Below the pieces are notes generated by a model. That model saw nothing but the letters and a program-made list of their open reading frames with translations, did not search any database and was not told the DNA's origin. A stretch of DNA of 52,707 nucleotides, taken from positions 1-52,707 of the forward strand of contig DATDQT010000132.1 in the NCBI GenBank assembly GCA_035292085.1. Reading direction: 5' to 3'. Positions 51,287 to 52,707 of the stretch are shown here, one piece after another. The position numbers and the translations under genes were made by a program. Within the stretch, counting starts at the first letter, position 1, and each line of letters opens with the position of its first letter. The stretch is from a bacterium (GTDB lineage: Bacteria > Sysuimicrobiota > Sysuimicrobiia > Sysuimicrobiales > Kaftiobacteriaceae).

Positions 51287-52471
51287 GTGAGCACGTTTCT
51301 CATCCGCTACGGTGAGATCGCCCTCAAGGGGGCCAACCAGGGATTTTTTCTCGAGACCCTGCGGCGCAATGTGCTCGCCGCCGTAGACGACCTTGGACCG
51401 GCTCAGGCAACGCAGGCATTCGGGCGGATCATTGTCAGCGTCGATGCCGAACCGGACGCCGTCGAGCCACGGATCCGGAAGGTGTTCGGCGTGGTCTCGT
51501 TCAGCCCGGTGCGCGTGGCCGCCCCGGAGCCGGTGGCGATCACCGACGCCGTGGTGGCCGTGGCCGGCTCGGCACTCCAGGCCCATCCCTCCATCGAGAC
51601 GTTCAAGGTCGACGTCCGCCGCGCGGACAAACGCTACCCTGATCCGTCCATGGACACGGCCAGCCGGCTGGGCGCGGAAATCCGGCGGACCTATCCCCAT
51701 CTGCGCGCCCGGATGAAACAGCCGGACCTGTTGGTCCGCGTCGACATCCGGGCCCAGGCGTTCGTGTCCTCACACACCGTCGCGGGACCGGGCGGGCTCC
51801 CGACCGGCACCGGCGGCCGAGCGCTGGCGCTCATGTCCGGAGGGTTCGACAGTCCGGTCGCCGCCTGGCTGGCCGCCCGGCGCGGCCTGACCGTCGCCGC
51901 AGCGCACTTTCACAGTTTTCCGTTCACCAGCGAGCGGGCAAGGGAGAAAGCGGTCGATCTGTGCCGGGTGCTCGCCGGCTTCACGGGCGGGCTCGATCTG
52001 TGGGTCGTGCCGTTTACCGAGATCCAGCGTGCCGTCCAGCAGCACGTGGCGGAGCCGATGCGGGTGATCGTCCTCCGGCGGATGATGATGCGGACGGCCG
52101 ACGTACTGGCCGCGCGGCTCCATGCGCACGCGCTGATCACGGGGGAGAGTCTGGGTCAGGTCGCCAGCCAGACGGTGGAGTCGATTGCCGCCATCAACGC
52201 GGCGACCACGCTCCCGGTGCTCCGGCCGCTGATCGGCTGGGACAAGACAGAGATCATCGCGAAGGCGCAGGTGCTGGACACCTACGAGATTTCGGCCCGC
52301 CCCTACCCCGACTGCTGCAGTCTGTTCGTCCCGGCCCATCCCCGCACACAGCCGTCGCTGGCCGAGGCCGCCGACGCCGAAGCCGATCTCCACGTCACGG
52401 AGCTCGCCCTCGACGCCGCCGCGCGTGCGGAGAAGACCCGTATTGACCGGACCGTCGCCGTCGTCGGGTAA
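51287..52471 (+). CDS. thiI: tRNA 4-thiouridine synthase ThiI (no rhodanese domain)
   Basis: ORF 50903..52471 trimmed to GTG 51287 (VSTFLIRYGEIALKGANQGFF...). It has a THUMP region and the PP-loop LALMSGGFDSPVAAWL, and is 394 aa. It begins 4 nt after the desulfurase stop. Confidence 0.93.
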   Translation: MSTFLIRYGEIALKGANQGFFLETLRRNVLAAVDDLGPAQATQAFGRIIVSVDAEPDAVEPRIRKVFGVVSFSPVRVAAPEPVAITDAVVAVAGSALQAHPSIETFKVDVRRADKRYPDPSMDTASRLGAEIRRTYPHLRARMKQPDLLVRVDIRAQAFVSSHTVAGPGGLPTGTGGRALALMSGGFDSPVAAWLAARRGLTVAAAHFHSFPFTSERAREKAVDLCRVLAGFTGGLDLWVVPFTEIQRAVQQHVAEPMRVIVLRRMMMRTADVLAARLHAHALITGESLGQVASQTVESIAAINAATTLPVLRPLIGWDKTEIIAKAQVLDTYEISARPYPDCCSLFVPAHPRTQPSLAEAADAEADLHVTELALDAAARAEKTRIDRTVAVVG

Positions 52472-52488
52472 GACCGGCCCTCACCGCT

Positions 52489-52530
52489 TCCCGTCTCCCG
52501 TCTCCGGTTTCCGGGCTTACGTTTCCTCCT
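52489..52530. repeat. 6 x 7-nt tandem repeat (TCCGGTT-related)
   Basis: The units are ttcccgt ctcccgt ctccggt ttccggg cttacgt ttcctcc, between the thiI stop and the stop of a convergent minus-strand ORF. Confidence 0.65.
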
Positions 52531-52707
52531 CTGGCCGGGCCGCGATCCAGCCGCGCGCCGCGTCCGACGTACCGTGCTCGGTCTTGTCCCAGATGAACCG
52601 TCCGGTCAGGGCGCGGCGCACATAGCGGGCGGCCGCGATGGCCGCGCAGATGGGGGTAAGGAGGGAAAAGACGGCAAAGCGCGCCAGGAGCATGACCGCG
52701 TTTGTCA
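52517..52707 (-). CDS. C-terminal part of (or complete 58-aa) hypothetical membrane protein
   Basis: Not in the ORF track. The reverse strand reads ...VMLLARFAVFSLLTPICAAIAAARYVRRALTGRFIWDKTEHGTSDAARGWIAARPEEET-TAA, with G/C-rich third positions. The reading frame is open to the window edge, and an in-frame ATG lies at 52693. Confidence 0.3.
   Translation of the reverse strand, partial: TNAVMLLARFAVFSLLTPICAAIAAARYVRRALTGRFIWDKTEHGTSDAARGWIAARPEEET

Noticed and set aside
52425-52625. A 66-aa plus-strand ORF after thiI.
   Set aside because: It runs through the heptamer array and lies opposite a minus-strand frame with much better G/C third-position bias and a hydrophobic helix. No SD is present.

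Overview
This 52.7-kb window is very GC-rich bacterial chromosome and consists almost entirely of core housekeeping genes, nearly all on the minus strand. Gene order mirrors the Bacillus/Clostridia-type (Bacillota) backbone: cdsA-uppS-frr-pyrH-tsf-rpsB; xerC-topA-dprA-comM-yraN; rnhB-lepB-rplS-trmD-rimM-ylqD-KH-rpsP-ffh-(MTase)-ylxM-ftsY-smc; GT4 and HTH; DUF402; tRNA-Pro(CGG); DoxX; S1; deacetylase-rpe-prkC-rlmN-rsmB-(Zn peptidase)-fmt-def-priA-coaC-(CMP-kinase-like)-remA-yicC, divergent from rqcH; pyrR-rluD-(Lgt-like)-lspA-ylyA-like-(Asp racemase)-ileS with a T-box leader; and iscS-thiI on the plus strand. From synteny alone I infer a high-GC Bacillota-like lineage (inference, not verified). 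I see no rRNA, CRISPR, prophage, defence island, toxin-antitoxin pair or biosynthetic cluster, so I cannot point to a self-contained novel multi-gene system. Six things stand out. (1) Three conserved genes (deacetylase, archaeal-type CMP-kinase-like, rluD) can encode their conserved N-termini only if translation starts at a CTG nested in a CTGA stop-start overlap; pyrH, and possibly topA, also lack a usable canonical start. (2) Families of 7-nt and 9-nt tandem repeats sit at operon boundaries, and two of them are built as inverted repeat blocks around a 23-nt core. (3) A dispersed repeat containing GAAGGGGTCAGACCC occurs three times in the window (two copies upstream of tRNA-Pro, where an adjacent CGTAGCC-type module is triplicated). 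(4) A 99-bp inverted-repeat element carries an SD plus a 9-codon mini-ORF. (5) PriA has Walker A Lys->Arg and a scrambled DEEH box. (6) There are local departures from canonical synteny: the gmk-rpoZ slot holds a CMP-kinase-like gene, coaC stands without coaB, prpC/rsgA are absent, and GT4+HTH sit where rnc usually lies. Many long ORFs in the track are GC-driven shadow frames, and most real genes needed N-terminal trimming.
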